IMG/VR virus record: IMGVR_UViG_3300030333_002570
Span: 66,093-130,092 of that record
DNA length: 64,000 nt
Reading direction: 5' to 3' (one strand)
Origin: a virus
The notes beneath the pieces were generated by a model, which searched no databases, was not told the DNA's origin, and saw nothing but the letters and a program-made list of their open reading frames with translations. Positions within the stretch are counted from its first letter, which is position 1; every line of letters starts with the position of its first letter. Position numbers and translations under genes: made by a program. Below are positions 24,001 to 28,200 of the stretch, one piece after another.

Positions 24001-24034
24001 CGGAGAGGAACCAGTTGACCCCGAAACACCATAA
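2..24034 (+). CDS. gp7: Giant baseplate-wedge (gp7-like) virion structural protein, >8010 aa, 5'-truncated (frame is open at the window edge)
   Basis: Uninterrupted 24-kb ORF upstream of gp8, the position of the enlarged gp7 in T4-like cyanophages. It contains GxGY beta-repeats, a YHYH-like domain (PIIGWAFDGNPIYGPYGY at ~3667-3720), a propeller-like region (~4900-6040), two LamG/ConA-like domains (~6250-6710, ~11700-12080), helical repeats, a 21-copy nested repeat (12713-19381) and a CBM-like domain (~21145-21740). The TTG at position 2 is a track artefact. The ORF is certain, but the gp7 name rests mainly on synteny. Confidence 0.75.
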   Translation: MNGFNENTIVPLDNISGSFGESKRQFTITRSGARYEPVADEYVLAVYDNRLLTPKVDFFLDGDQFIFLTAPLNGRFLSLYSIEAPIPSFGAGAVGYARISDSGELTDISISKNGSGYKSEYPPQISINTENGSGGSATALVNGIKSISLLEGGQGYSSTNPPVVQVQAPTAPGSTAATVTATVTNGAVSDLKITNSGSGYTFTPRITFKQPGGAVLGVPTITNGQVTAVSITNAGFGYTTVPTIYIDEPTGTNPIKAAFQAVLSSQGEITSINILNAGQGYTTTPRMAVIDPVGAQVLETTVDNQGRVINIELLSGGVGYTDVPSVYIVDNRVDATGGYAGGTGAVATASIFNGQITDINISAFGGGYSQTSPPVVVIQAPPAAEASAEIGLNEVTGFTVNQSGSGYQKSQLTGCARAASSITSYTESGNAVFTNNTSAVAHPVNEPIKCLDALFVKRLLDKYTEQYLPDVPTLDYAKIDVRTAIKTIKDFYSSKGTSYSIGYLFKLLYGETVSISYPKDQIIKPSAATWSIDTILRATLVSGDPTNIQDGLLTQEADIADLNVKEASALVENYISIRTSEVTIYELVLSEETIAGTFIVPYKTKLAEPLGKEDSIITVDSTIGWPERNGEFIIGSSTDTREIIQYKEKSLNQFIECTRSVNGVVEDWDSATEVKSNFNVYINKGTPQEVVMNIVGIVDAQQTTLTDTGSYYLPGDKLTVSKLGGTGTTPELTTWLYNVKKLISVTNVAFGGINNQSATITCANDHGLLVGDQVTIYGANPILYNGTFLVTSRDSDTVFQYALPQPATVIPQGNILVSIDLNKGKSTSTAISNAISPYTTNVQNSFFNDNYVYVASTGIPNYNIGPFPGSALLPGNQRKLTRFPKVPTTISTKDLISSGPIGTWVNGVSVWSYKSNLTKTFGAVTSIGITNAGSGYDAASPPAITIAGGGGSGATASVVVDGSISEVTVTDGGSEYTSSPLVSIVGGGGSGAAATAIITKGVVSRILINSGGSGYTSQPQITIVGGGGSGASATASVRGPIKTINVTSGGSSYTSNPTVTLSSGSGAVAQAIVQNGRIISIAIISAGSGYTTAPEITIQGDGFGAVARATIDVDGENAGRVTNIEIINRGIGYLQGTTIINLNSVGSSALFTPNVFKWTYNLQSTATLDSAKGGVFEGYNNQYGGEYAHLSNPQTLRYILGDNLFESTGGTILEKEDSIVHSPIIGWAFDGNPIYGPYGYSDPTDQGSVITRLSTSYRVKTALVYDAATNPYPVRADGPLLTDTDTNGTLLYPAGAFVEDYEYVFGLGALDQYNGRFCKTPDYPTGRYCYFVTIDNTTAGNPEFPYVLGPSFNSVVDKWNLSTSAVQQNIPTGVVRYRDPYENVDIDVDRAPNVSTNALTTEDGEILLFEVEDEDRSGVIDQVEIDDPDQIFEESPLQLFDYFPKVTFDSKVDIEVETITKFEDASVTGFTIENPGINYQVNDRLNFDNEGTDGTGVSARVSRIKGEAVESYTFENISGQNFGVLKTTEPHNLVVGDSVFVTYNPIMNNTNKTFVVRQFKGIEEIVVNQTGSGYNSDIPPTITIDSATGSGGELQAVVTSVGSIENVNILNSGSGYTTNPRVILSHPQVFKKADYYVSKIDNNNYVKVNDVVVNTNKEVFICGKTKDANGNNVGFVSKLSATGVKEWEKTLELTSGQQYCEFEKLYVDGNDVWVVGNNRPESNLLDAYNPDVILAKYTQAANGLAATLAFQKGYAGISGSTRADSVTAITKLSDTRFVIGGYTNTNSTAPFDGYIALIDTTGNFAIKRKVAGSNTSEKVTGLAINAGNIYFSLESAASPNATAIDIGLGKATVGTSTITIDYVKTYSNTAYSFLDSSLCIDEFNEVYLTATCRLKANNTTKNSFWVGKTDISGNLIWNYRYQIPNESGTEYDVQTVNKTVIDVFGDLNVGVTLTSGINSLKSARSFKIGYSGNLKEHSANVFNINNIEGLTIHSLDADNSGDVHLFGQSAWNRNEFILPFTGGATTDTTGHYTPTIVTTGGSLSYENTVQDGYAKILGSQTASPTVWENAYIKFAAADLGTKLAEDWTIEFFLYRDSTNTNVFSQNEETLFSIGDATVTTGGLWCYINQSDGKLGFRATNSTTALNAGSASLSTQSSLFPLNTWITVGVKKEGDVFSTYVNGIATGSWTIASTSLGNKDLIIGNISGRNGTLNNWRSNEQGQYHIDNLRLRNRAVTPSVPSDITVVPATGQFPIGYNWQDDAWFTTNLNKFDYIDYTGIGIKVDKNADASRIGTYTERTNTKLGFVRTDVIGTTITPTTMTVVTTGFALADAGFQGLDFDDATTTMSQDTETMTYTQDVWSSRTATVPSPGSQKLSVSAVVKDKYYFKVTNTVKIDNVQELTLNQAFNFTTGTKLVLNNDAGTFVNSGYIIRQDVPNKKIYLAINNNAWSNDLNTGNLITEQFSEQSTFGIVGPIPADINEISGYTFAQVNNTTPGTFDIDLDDYNLDGTYNAGGSQDLDSYAKFKPYSDDDYSIRIDEVTTGSPYIVGSVININSGNISYNAAYSTAQITGLTAVTKITLIANLTKIMQVSAVSNSDEVYVITGTSHYLDAGDMIYVDGNPTENSLDEYDGAFAVNSVVSPLEFTYKLKQVATTSPATTAGNVSIFVKSPVLKMYYGHQYIFDMSHSSLLGGNLSFSKDNLFKLEYSFNSIERTGTPGVSGEGVPTPIVKLKVDENILTNISYYFDPSRIGDDSPIDPSSYLDVTDSPYKGTFSISSVAGATITRGADVFKFPLLNEPEGNAEVSQTTYSTSSVKAVGSISDVRIVNSGGFYTRLPIVSSITSTRQIERVAIEDPGTEYAVGVYTGVPIAGNGEGGFVEITVADGLDSEGVTIPGQINSVVVTSPGKNYTTATIDIESIPGILGAGLTGSGAILNVVIPNAGTQASIFTKADKVGKIKKLKNNNFGYDYPHDYTLRPEISFPINAQLTSTSILSSITVTNPGSGYSQAPAVVITGGGGSGATAEATIKNGRLDQIIVKDPGAGYSSTPTVSLKSSFNYVVNLDLGLLQFAFPHGITNGAAITLNVVDTGDGADFPLAAGAVGRLNGSTTYYAISGAANSLENDQLKIALTAANAELGDALSFVNAGEGRQQVLTESFGGSATANVITSTFLEGELVYQGESLDTATATGYVSTNQGWQIGPRILKIVDYTGTFSETQKVTGVISKSSGTISDLNIARGVLEIGSITKTTGQFIDDVGKPSEIIQKIQDSYYYQDFSYAIKSAVSISEWKEILIKNVHPASFKVFGELNLSDYGFIPNKETDFQLTKSVELAREAIVPNIQSFALVEPIYSEFNNTEVLFRQKRLTSSENILTSVVQRIDDISDQFDGEKIAFPLTVDGNTVVANANQLMIVLNGIVQNPGTAFEIQGDSIVFSEPPQPPASVKYVNIEISQISIVSNTFTNQSGIFPNPGNILTGTNSGAKLTVTSVVGDTIFGFITEGTFIAAENVTVSATGFSANLDVQSSVSNIGLFQYGEQVKNLTNDTAKVEQINLQRGLENALAKLRYTVGPSTLQIEVVPPNSTTDGPVATDTFTVDQNYQLGSEVVKVTNIVDGNDSTTLTVSRAQNGTIASQHQEDFPIYGTLLTVTTSLTLSKTAGTYKSTPGLFDIQLNDIIIGAKSGVVARVTQTSAYQDPTTQEFISQVNISEGSSFFGLLMNRITSQTYPNVVLDDISKSQVSVVQYTDNSTAFNSQFPANEQINNIVVPYDNLVGGPIQENETIRNYKLKYGGNTGEFIAGESARARKLSYVNPKGDGFFATGQVIRTQDTKAEVLGFNQADQVIYLGKVGRTKANGQDYHIPSFSNSAQLDTTVKYYGTASLQLVAATNDYVTIPSSSEFAFGTGAFTIDLMLRPAASSLSGTATILDMRASAANEVAGRLYLEAGQVRWNVSNADVVTSGATTLSADTWVLISIMKSSTTTKILLNGVEAGTATDNTTYIAKPIRLGSDYAGTNSFTGFIDELRVSNTNRHQTIPFTPQNGIWQGDAQAKLLLHFDGADAQTWVDDWSGAEGFTAGEDFNNDAIISSTRSSNATPGGFTGNTQRYYDAADLILLNKEFLAQEVVYILKERHPHHTVKGSEVDCEDDVRDVLDAVIDDLRNGTNNKIWDASSYYVDRTSSPIVLKFVSNEVDEVVYTYDKLEEMLKYIVNNTLWDVQGDHGLVQKTDSTITESSGLTTQTFQPTGASYDAASGYMVLTASGHGMRSERAITATDAAYTATTGILQLTVATSTFSVSTATYDHTTGVMVITIGSHSLTTNDNIRIATGGITFSCDNGGVSTGAYPRSSGANTESGADYAYDRWLPILAVGATTITVNVNGGKGAISHAFAHTYSTSSAGCITAGHGLNDGDRIKFDPNSLVMNCTSDGNTVNQSYPRPDDPAAQGWLEVTANTGTTFDVNVGKSPTVNYTATAGTYNADTGFLTMNIGQHNLRTGRKYTATNAEYTAASGVMKITIGDSIDVYDASYTAKNGLLKLNIGHHNFKKGSLVKIAPNSLFFTCSMDDYQSVHAYPRSSDPVYNDDIEIIDITDETITVDVGTSPEVSYTPTGATYDINTGDMVLTIGSHSLAVGTSIRLLDESISFSCSFGSGGTSAYPRPLVDTANISTASYNPQTGIFSVTTTAAHNLTGPTAKNVTDATYNPSTGILQLESGGHNFAVGDKIRIKDDSLVFTCTKDGNATNHTYPRSTDPVSGQWLTIVARATNTFDVQVGASKIGLNEFAHTWAGGTATNAVEKANDVIKFADNSMTFTCALDGGATQHQYPRTTDPVSDKWLIVENVGSTTFDVQVLDNAPSTNTSAHTFVSATTGAVKIKRDPAQGTALPITAVGATTITVNVTPITSYSSSSHTFQSASQGAVKVGGDYTHKFVDAASGAVIPHHGFYIGDRIMFEEGSLVFTCGMDSDATRHAYPRESDPFYNKWLPISSVTTNTFNVDVGSTTNTTFTPTGGSYDGTTGKLSITIGANTLEVGQHVKIAPNGISFTCAMDGGQSVKSYPRTTDPTYNQTLPILERSDTAITVDVGKSPYVYFDVSAATYNPTSGVMVLTIGDHGLAANTSIRLKDNSLTFSCDQGGTVGTGTYPRSGGADYVYQKAINIDSVTDTTITINVNGGQGAITNTNAHTFVSAIPGAVIAGGAWAHTYSTAAANAVSVGGNYTHTFKSASPNGITRAGETLRIIKDGISFKCSQDGYQTIHSYPRTDDPGYNTSLPIYNDGTAYTASNAAYNASTGEMVITINGHGFTTSDQIRIENNSLTFTCVKDSNTSTHSYPRDNDPFVRRWLRITAVTENTFTVNVGKASSSTQQFSHTFASATKNGIVKRDNTVTVNVGAIPTKSFTPTASTYNPSTGALALTIGSHSLPAPTTHTPTDVAYNPTTGIMTLTINGHNFSNGEKIKIADGGLKLSCAFGGASGAAAQKDYPRSTDPISGKWIPIKNVTTNTFDVQVLDVIPSTNTDAHSFVSAVTGCISKANATVKIAENSLVYKCAEDSNATEHAYPRSNVATHTAGPGTTYNPVTGVLKLSVPTESHTPSTATYNPSTGEMVLTLDSTSGAFNVSNATYNTSTGDMVLTIGSHSLTTANRIKIKEGSLKFACNFGNDNYQTPKAYPRASGANTTNGADYAFNTFLPITAADATTITVNVNGGQGSISNNNQHNFLSADAGAVIVGHGLSVGDRIKIADESLTFSCDQGGTVGNGSYPRSSNDYVYRKWIRIRAVTGNTITVNVNGGQGAITNTNAHTFVSATANCITSGHGMTNGTPIKITDSSLSFSCTEGEGGTYAYPRATDPVSKRWLFINNVTDSSFDVQVLDTIPSTNVTSHTWISAVADGIVEGDPIVGQAVPVESVTSTSITINPLDGDVPTNTSAHTFEKLNTYQFQPSAITYTPTTGVMSITSTSHKIEEGDKIFIKDNSLSFKCNMGDDAGLHTYPRETDPVSNKWITATNVTANTFDVNVGSTPNVFYTPSDATYNPTTGIMRLTIGNHDLRPGTSVKLGQESLTFKCAHDSYATNHSYPRNTILSHTPTDADYHPDTGIMTLTVNNHKMGDGDWVKIADGAVTFKCTYGAGIHTWTGGTATGAVQVQEAGLGNFDVTAADYNPLTGDMELTVGSHSITTGNTVKIVANSLTFSCDLDNNATNHTYPRATDPAYDTALAISAVTGTTITVNVGVSSPGTAYPRASDPVSGKWIKVFNVTTNTFDVQLLDIVPSTNTSIHTFVSAVTNGISQKKDSAYDSPVEIVDTTATTIDLKVVRKLPSTNTTNHIFVSAASNAVISGGAYTHTFVTADADAITRSIVQTGGNYNHVFASALTDGVVTGGNYVHTFVSAATNGIKCAGDAVYLAPGSLTFTCSQDGNDRPTAYPRTTDPSYNQLLEIKDVTSDTFTIDVGAAAEKDQYTHSWVSSSQGAVKKSDYNLKDCTDVHTTVGNLIDILTDTLTNANVSPTPVDHLASVTKVLPPYKFYGATVDAYNDTPFPVSYHSAANDLIVTNQIDEDTQYRFRDAAYLIRANSGVIVDKAAYDMLQRYPDLAISMPRNANGTSTDGTVRCKQDLLEFVSAIATDLENGGNLNTMKAAKFYISLSGGLQHIRLQVFQSVYAHDRLGVYLKQAVTGDLTYDNTDNIVVRDWGITDNSSSGNCANVQTAIDTLITSINDLIAPTDSDHALAADRLYFNKDFLAEEITGLTTAYFTYTLNGVNYSALTYPGSTGEATCQRDIKLILDGIISDLQTGGNESTVIAMEKYLSATLQIEQVDDELAATIYAIDRLRHLGQFGIKDKLFSQNEGSGAADEYEAVHTNRAEYRDGLSDAGGMNAVVYRYRDLCDIAINILAPGGKAARSAVKQLKYNQNYYKEEITTLVNTQFGTGTWTYNTFIDEMVGNTVHDILTTDFNKTRTAYTIELTSTFNDYVVGETVVSSNGGKATVLEWDDDEEILYTSSWTGNKFEPTQTLVGGSSGAYGTIAANGVSAPYTWYTEPANIKSLNTARLITSNISGQVAGTNIASNPENFTTGWTNTGITTSADQLESPDSTTTSDKLIAAAVAGEHYISQNFAISAYETFDSDTVKFDSATETFDTGALGTQTTQQYTFSVFLKKGEFNRVRVQMGLDTGTVGEQLAFFDLNLNDGVIGSIFTPGNGIVIDAYGVVPYGNGWYRAYITGTFSFGFSQIRPIIFVRDASGASTYTGDASSGIYIWGMKLFKGVLDPYQSVAGQVFYADTEYNIKTYALDLLQDYMIKALTGSLISPSTNAGFYAYYDNTINTDYKYRSIERLVRYNLNIIREQLAVDSYYTGIISLNGVSVPTKTYGTRSIPAGIQGGLQNSIYVYGLQSNANAEIETITENSGKVVQVYQRFRIDGDITDGPFTMNETVSKQGAPSVTGVVYGYWSDENYKYLDVKITAGPWAVTDTIVGALNSTTAQISLIEDRLHIIDVKGEFENDIPFKGYTSSATASPTGYIKAEASVIDNTGGTLTVDTESLTGSFESTAVVYPSSSRKYIDVSKYAGLDITVGDRIASGGYKRFGVSVLSGLNQFTQGNRLYKVVSGIQDTNTYGIITEVDIDNGYIYVAEYQGSFTQGDIVGDYGTNASFPVGYASILTIVTTQGAAAALVQDVRDIALNKRLYLTDIAGTFDDKDYIIGPDNYRSVVVGITDLKARVKRSFKGFDGTTTTFPLTINNGTTYLPDSAGHMLIFLNGILQPPGATNAYTAFSNQIQFTEAPDLGASFTGFYVGKLRQLDDISFEFDSLRQSFNLKRNEVFYSLTLTEGVQSSTILPENNIIVSLNGVVQEPGVGFEIVGSRIIFSEIPRVGSTFVAFSYVGSEADVDAAEVVPPVEPGDFIDIQGETSDREVAVIESSNSLITFDYLGSVFGKDAQGQANITSGTIETVQVTSGGSGYTTRPTVRLDSISGFDGNVKALVGVAGVEINNPGSGYQNPAVAVETVVDDNWTAPDLSLYGEEPVDPETP
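12713..19381 (+). repeat. 21 nested copies of a ~105-aa domain within the giant ORF
   Basis: The translation shows 21 Y-x-x-x-x-G opening strands, 21 [FMLY]-x-C motifs, 21 YPR motifs and 21 closing H-x-[FWY] strands. Span aa 4238-6460 divided by 21 gives about 106 aa per copy. Confidence 0.9.
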
Positions 24035-24037
24035 ATA
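24031..24037 (+). promoter_or_regulatory. T4-type late promoter motif ATAAATA overlapping the stop codon of the giant ORF
   Basis: ATAAATA ends 21 nt before the ATG at 24059 and matches the cyanomyovirus late promoter consensus. Confidence 0.7.
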
Positions 24038-24058
24038 ACTAAAAAATTGTAGCGAGTA

Positions 24059-25285
24059 ATGGCTAAACAACTATTAAGTCTTGGTACTAATGCTAACGAC
24101 AACACTGGAGATACTCTCCGTGCTGGCGGTGATAAAGTTAATGACAATTTTAATGAATTATATACTGCTCTAGGTAATGGTACAGATTTAACCATTAGTC
24201 TCGCTTCTGCAGGTAGTGGTCAGGTATTGCGATATAATGGAACAAACTTTGTTGCGTCAGATTATTTAAATTTAACTTCTGCTTTAGATGTTAATAGTAA
24301 TTCAATTATATCATCATCTAATGGGAATATTAATATTGCTCCCAATGGAACTGGCAATGTAACTATTGGTAATGGAAGTATTACTAATACTTTCAATGGA
24401 ACTGATGGAACAATAGATTTTCCAACGAAAGTAAAATATAAAAATGAATTTAGCACACTTGCTAGTGCTCCTGCTGCTGCGACATACACAGGATATTTCT
24501 TTACAGTTGATGGTGATGACAACCCATATGTAAATATTAATATTACTGCTGGTGGTGCAGGTGATGTGCAAGCAAAAGTTTTAACACAGTATTCTAGTGT
24601 TGATCTTTTAAAAGATATTGATATTACTACTGCAGCACCTACTGAAGGACAAGTCCTAAAGTGGAGTGTTAGTGGGGGTAAATTTGTTCCTGGTGATGAT
24701 GCTGCTGGTGCTAGTCAACAAAACCTATGGGCAACTGTTGGTGGTGATACTGGTACAACAAGTGCTAATACTACAACAGATACATTAACTATTGCTGGTG
24801 GAACTAATATTACAACAGCAGTATCTGGTGATACACTCACAGTAAACTTTGATGGAACTCTTGTTACAACTTTAGCATCCTTAACAGATGTTGATGTTTC
24901 TAGTGTTGTTCAAGGTGATTCATTATTCTGGAATGGAACAAATTGGACTAAAACAAGAAGTCCTATTACATGGTGGGAATTAGGTTCTAACGGAAGCACA
25001 GACTATACTATTGATGGACCTGGGTTTGCTTCTGCAACTAATGATCCAACTCTTTATGTAAGTAGAGGTTTTACCTATGCTTTTGACAATACTACAATGG
25101 GTGGTGCTCATCCTTTTAGAATACAGAGCACACAGGGTTTAACTGGAACTCCATATACTGCTGGTCAATCTGGTAGTGGAACTAGTGTTCTCTATTGGAC
25201 TGTCCCTATGGATGCTCCATCAACACTGTATTATCAGTGTACTCTCCATGCTGCGATGCAAGGACAAATTAACGTTGTAAGTTGA
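24059..25285 (+). CDS. Virion structural protein with gp9/gp10-type N-terminal attachment motif and C-terminal cupredoxin-like domain
   Basis: N-terminus LGTNANDNTGDTLRAGGDKVNDNFNELY resembles the T4 gp9/gp10 N-terminal motif. C-terminus has AHPFRI...LYYQCTLHAAMQG. Confidence 0.75.
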   Translation: MAKQLLSLGTNANDNTGDTLRAGGDKVNDNFNELYTALGNGTDLTISLASAGSGQVLRYNGTNFVASDYLNLTSALDVNSNSIISSSNGNINIAPNGTGNVTIGNGSITNTFNGTDGTIDFPTKVKYKNEFSTLASAPAAATYTGYFFTVDGDDNPYVNINITAGGAGDVQAKVLTQYSSVDLLKDIDITTAAPTEGQVLKWSVSGGKFVPGDDAAGASQQNLWATVGGDTGTTSANTTTDTLTIAGGTNITTAVSGDTLTVNFDGTLVTTLASLTDVDVSSVVQGDSLFWNGTNWTKTRSPITWWELGSNGSTDYTIDGPGFASATNDPTLYVSRGFTYAFDNTTMGGAHPFRIQSTQGLTGTPYTAGQSGSGTSVLYWTVPMDAPSTLYYQCTLHAAMQGQINVVS

Positions 25286-25290
25286 TATAA

Positions 25291-28200
25291 ATGGCAAGAA
25301 CTGTTCCTGGATCTGGTGCTGTAATTAACCCAATTTTCGATGAAACTTTTGGCGTTAAAGCAGTAGAAGTACTAAACGGTGGGTCTGGTTACTCGGTATC
25401 AGATCCTCCTAAACTTTCTGTAACTGGATGTGGAACTCCAGATACAGAAGCACTTCTTTATCCTATCATTGATGAAGATTCAGGAAAGATTATACATGTT
25501 AGGGTTCTGAATAGAGGTAGTGGATATGATCCTTTACGATTACAAATTATTCCACAGGATGAAACTCCTAATGTCGTAACTTCTTTTGATATCAATAGAA
25601 TATGGCAATCACATCCCAACTCTACAACTACTGGTGCATTTGTTAATTCTACTGATAGATTAGCTATTGCATCAGACAATCATCCAAAACCTACTTGGAC
25701 ACAAGCAGAGGCAGCTCCAGGTGGCGGACCTTTAGTAGATAGATCATTTAGTCAAACTTTTGTTTATAGAGGTGGTAAAGACGTTCCTAATCCTGGTACT
25801 AGAGAAAATCAACCAGATAAGGTTCTTGGTATTTTAGCGAATGGTGGATTATTACATACTCCAGAATGGGGTCCAGATGGTAATGCTCCTCCAGGACATT
25901 CTATTGATGCGGTTAAAAATAATTACGTTAAAAGTAACGATGCTTATGATGTTGTTACTGAAAATAATATCAAATATTATCATTCAAATAAACTTATTAA
26001 TGAATTTGAATTAGATAATGGTGTATTTGATTGGGGTCTTTTAAGACCATTTACTTGGAATATTAAAGTAGAATATGATAATATTATGCTAACAGTTACT
26101 AATGTTGATGAGACATTAGGATCTATTGAAGTTGGTAGATTAGTTGATGAAATTGCTGGAAATGCTAGAGGTGAAATATCTAAAGTTGTTAGAAATAATC
26201 AGGGTGTTGTAACAAGAGTATATCTTAGAGATCTTGCTGATTCTGCAACATTTTCTCAGGGTGATGGATGTTTAGGATCTAATGGATTTAACTTTACTAT
26301 TAGTGAACTTCCTAGAACATTTACAGATGGTGTTTTCTATATTGATTTTGGAACAGAAGCAAGTGAGTTTGGTGCATTTACTCCAGGAAAATATTATATG
26401 TCTCCTGAGAACATTAAAGTTCAAAGGAATTATTTGATTATTTGGAATCAATCTGATAGTTCTAATAGTCATGGTGCTGATGGTCATCCAATGAGATTCA
26501 GTACTACTCCAGATGGTCCTTTAAATTCAAGTCCTGGTACACTTTATTATAAGAGCACTGGAGTAACACAAGCACCAGCTGCTGATTATGAAAACATATA
26601 TCAACCGTTATTCATAATGAATGCGGATGAGTCGGCAAAGATTTATTATCATTGTGCATATCACAGATATATGTCTGGATATGAAGGTGATGAAGGATAT
26701 ATGATTTTTGATTCTACAGTTGATAATACTGCTAGACCAAATACTTATTATACTGATAATTTTTATCAAAGTGATTCAAACGATCCTGCGACTATTGATC
26801 GTGCAAGACATACAGATGGACATTCTAAGATCTTGGGTATGTCTTATGATGGATATCCCATTTATGGTCCTTATGGATATGGTTCAGGAACTGGTGTTCT
26901 TACTATAACAGGGTATGGAGGAAATAATGGAATTGGATATGGTCAAAATAATTCTGCATTATCTACGGTAAATATATCGGCAGGTGGATCCACCCTTGGA
27001 ACAGGATCAGGTCTTAAAGTAAAATGTACCTCAGTAGGTAGCAATGGAACAGGACTTGCATTTGAAGTTGTTGAACTAGGTTCAGGATATGCTGTTGGTG
27101 ATAGATTTAAAATTATCCATGAAAATCCCAATGGAATTTTTAGTTATGGATATACAAGTGGTCAGAATGATGCAGCAAGAACTCCTGGAACATATAATGT
27201 AGATATTACCACTGCTATGACTAGTGGAAATGGTAATTCTGCAAGAGCGTTAGTTGTAGTTGCTGTTGGTGGTAATACAGATGTTACATTCCCTAAAACT
27301 ACTGAGGATTGGACTGGTAGAGGAAGGGATTTTGCTGAAAATGAAACTATTACAATTCCTAATTCATTAATAGGTGGTGGTGCAGATATCGTCATTAATG
27401 TACAAGATCTTATTGATGATGGTTGGCAGGCTATTAATGAAGTTACTGCTGTAGGTCAGGGTGCTTCAAGAGAAACTTCAGGATATCGTTTAAAAACATC
27501 TTTAGAATTAGCTGGTAATAGACCTGTAGTTACAACAGCAAGCACAGTAAATTATACTGTCACTTCTTCTAATGGAAAATATCTCTTTAACGGATCTTCT
27601 CCATCGTTCTTAGGTTTAGAACGTGGTAAAACTTATGTCTTTAATTTAGATAGTGCTACTAATGATAGTCAGCAATTATTGATAGGAATAAATGAAGATG
27701 GTTGGCATAGTCAAAACCCTGTTGTAATTGGAGATACTACACAGTTATTTGGTGGACCAGGTATTACCTATACTATAGATGGTTCTACAGTATCATATAC
27801 TGGTTATCTAACTGGATTTAACGGAGCAACGACAAGATCAGTTACATTCCAAGTTCCTGCAACTGCACCAGCTGCATTGTACGTATTTGCATATACTACT
27901 GCTGGTTATGGAGTTAGAACTGTTCAAGATGGTTATCTCTTAGGAGATTTGATTGATGATAATATATTTGATGAATCTGTTCTTTGGGATAGTGGAACTG
28001 CTTATGTTATAGGTGAGACTGTTAAAAACTCATCTAATGTAATTTACGAAGCAACTGCTGCTATTAGTAGTGGAGGATCACAACCTGTTCATACTACTGG
28101 AACTACTAGTAATTGGAAGTTCCTTGGAACAAAAGGAACTTTAGATGCTTATAATGGTAAATTTGCAGTAACCCCAGAATATCCTAATGGAACATATGCT

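Noticed and set aside
25286-25293. TATAAATG late-promoter-like motif
   Set aside because: It has a mismatch at the last base and overlaps the start codon it would have to transcribe.
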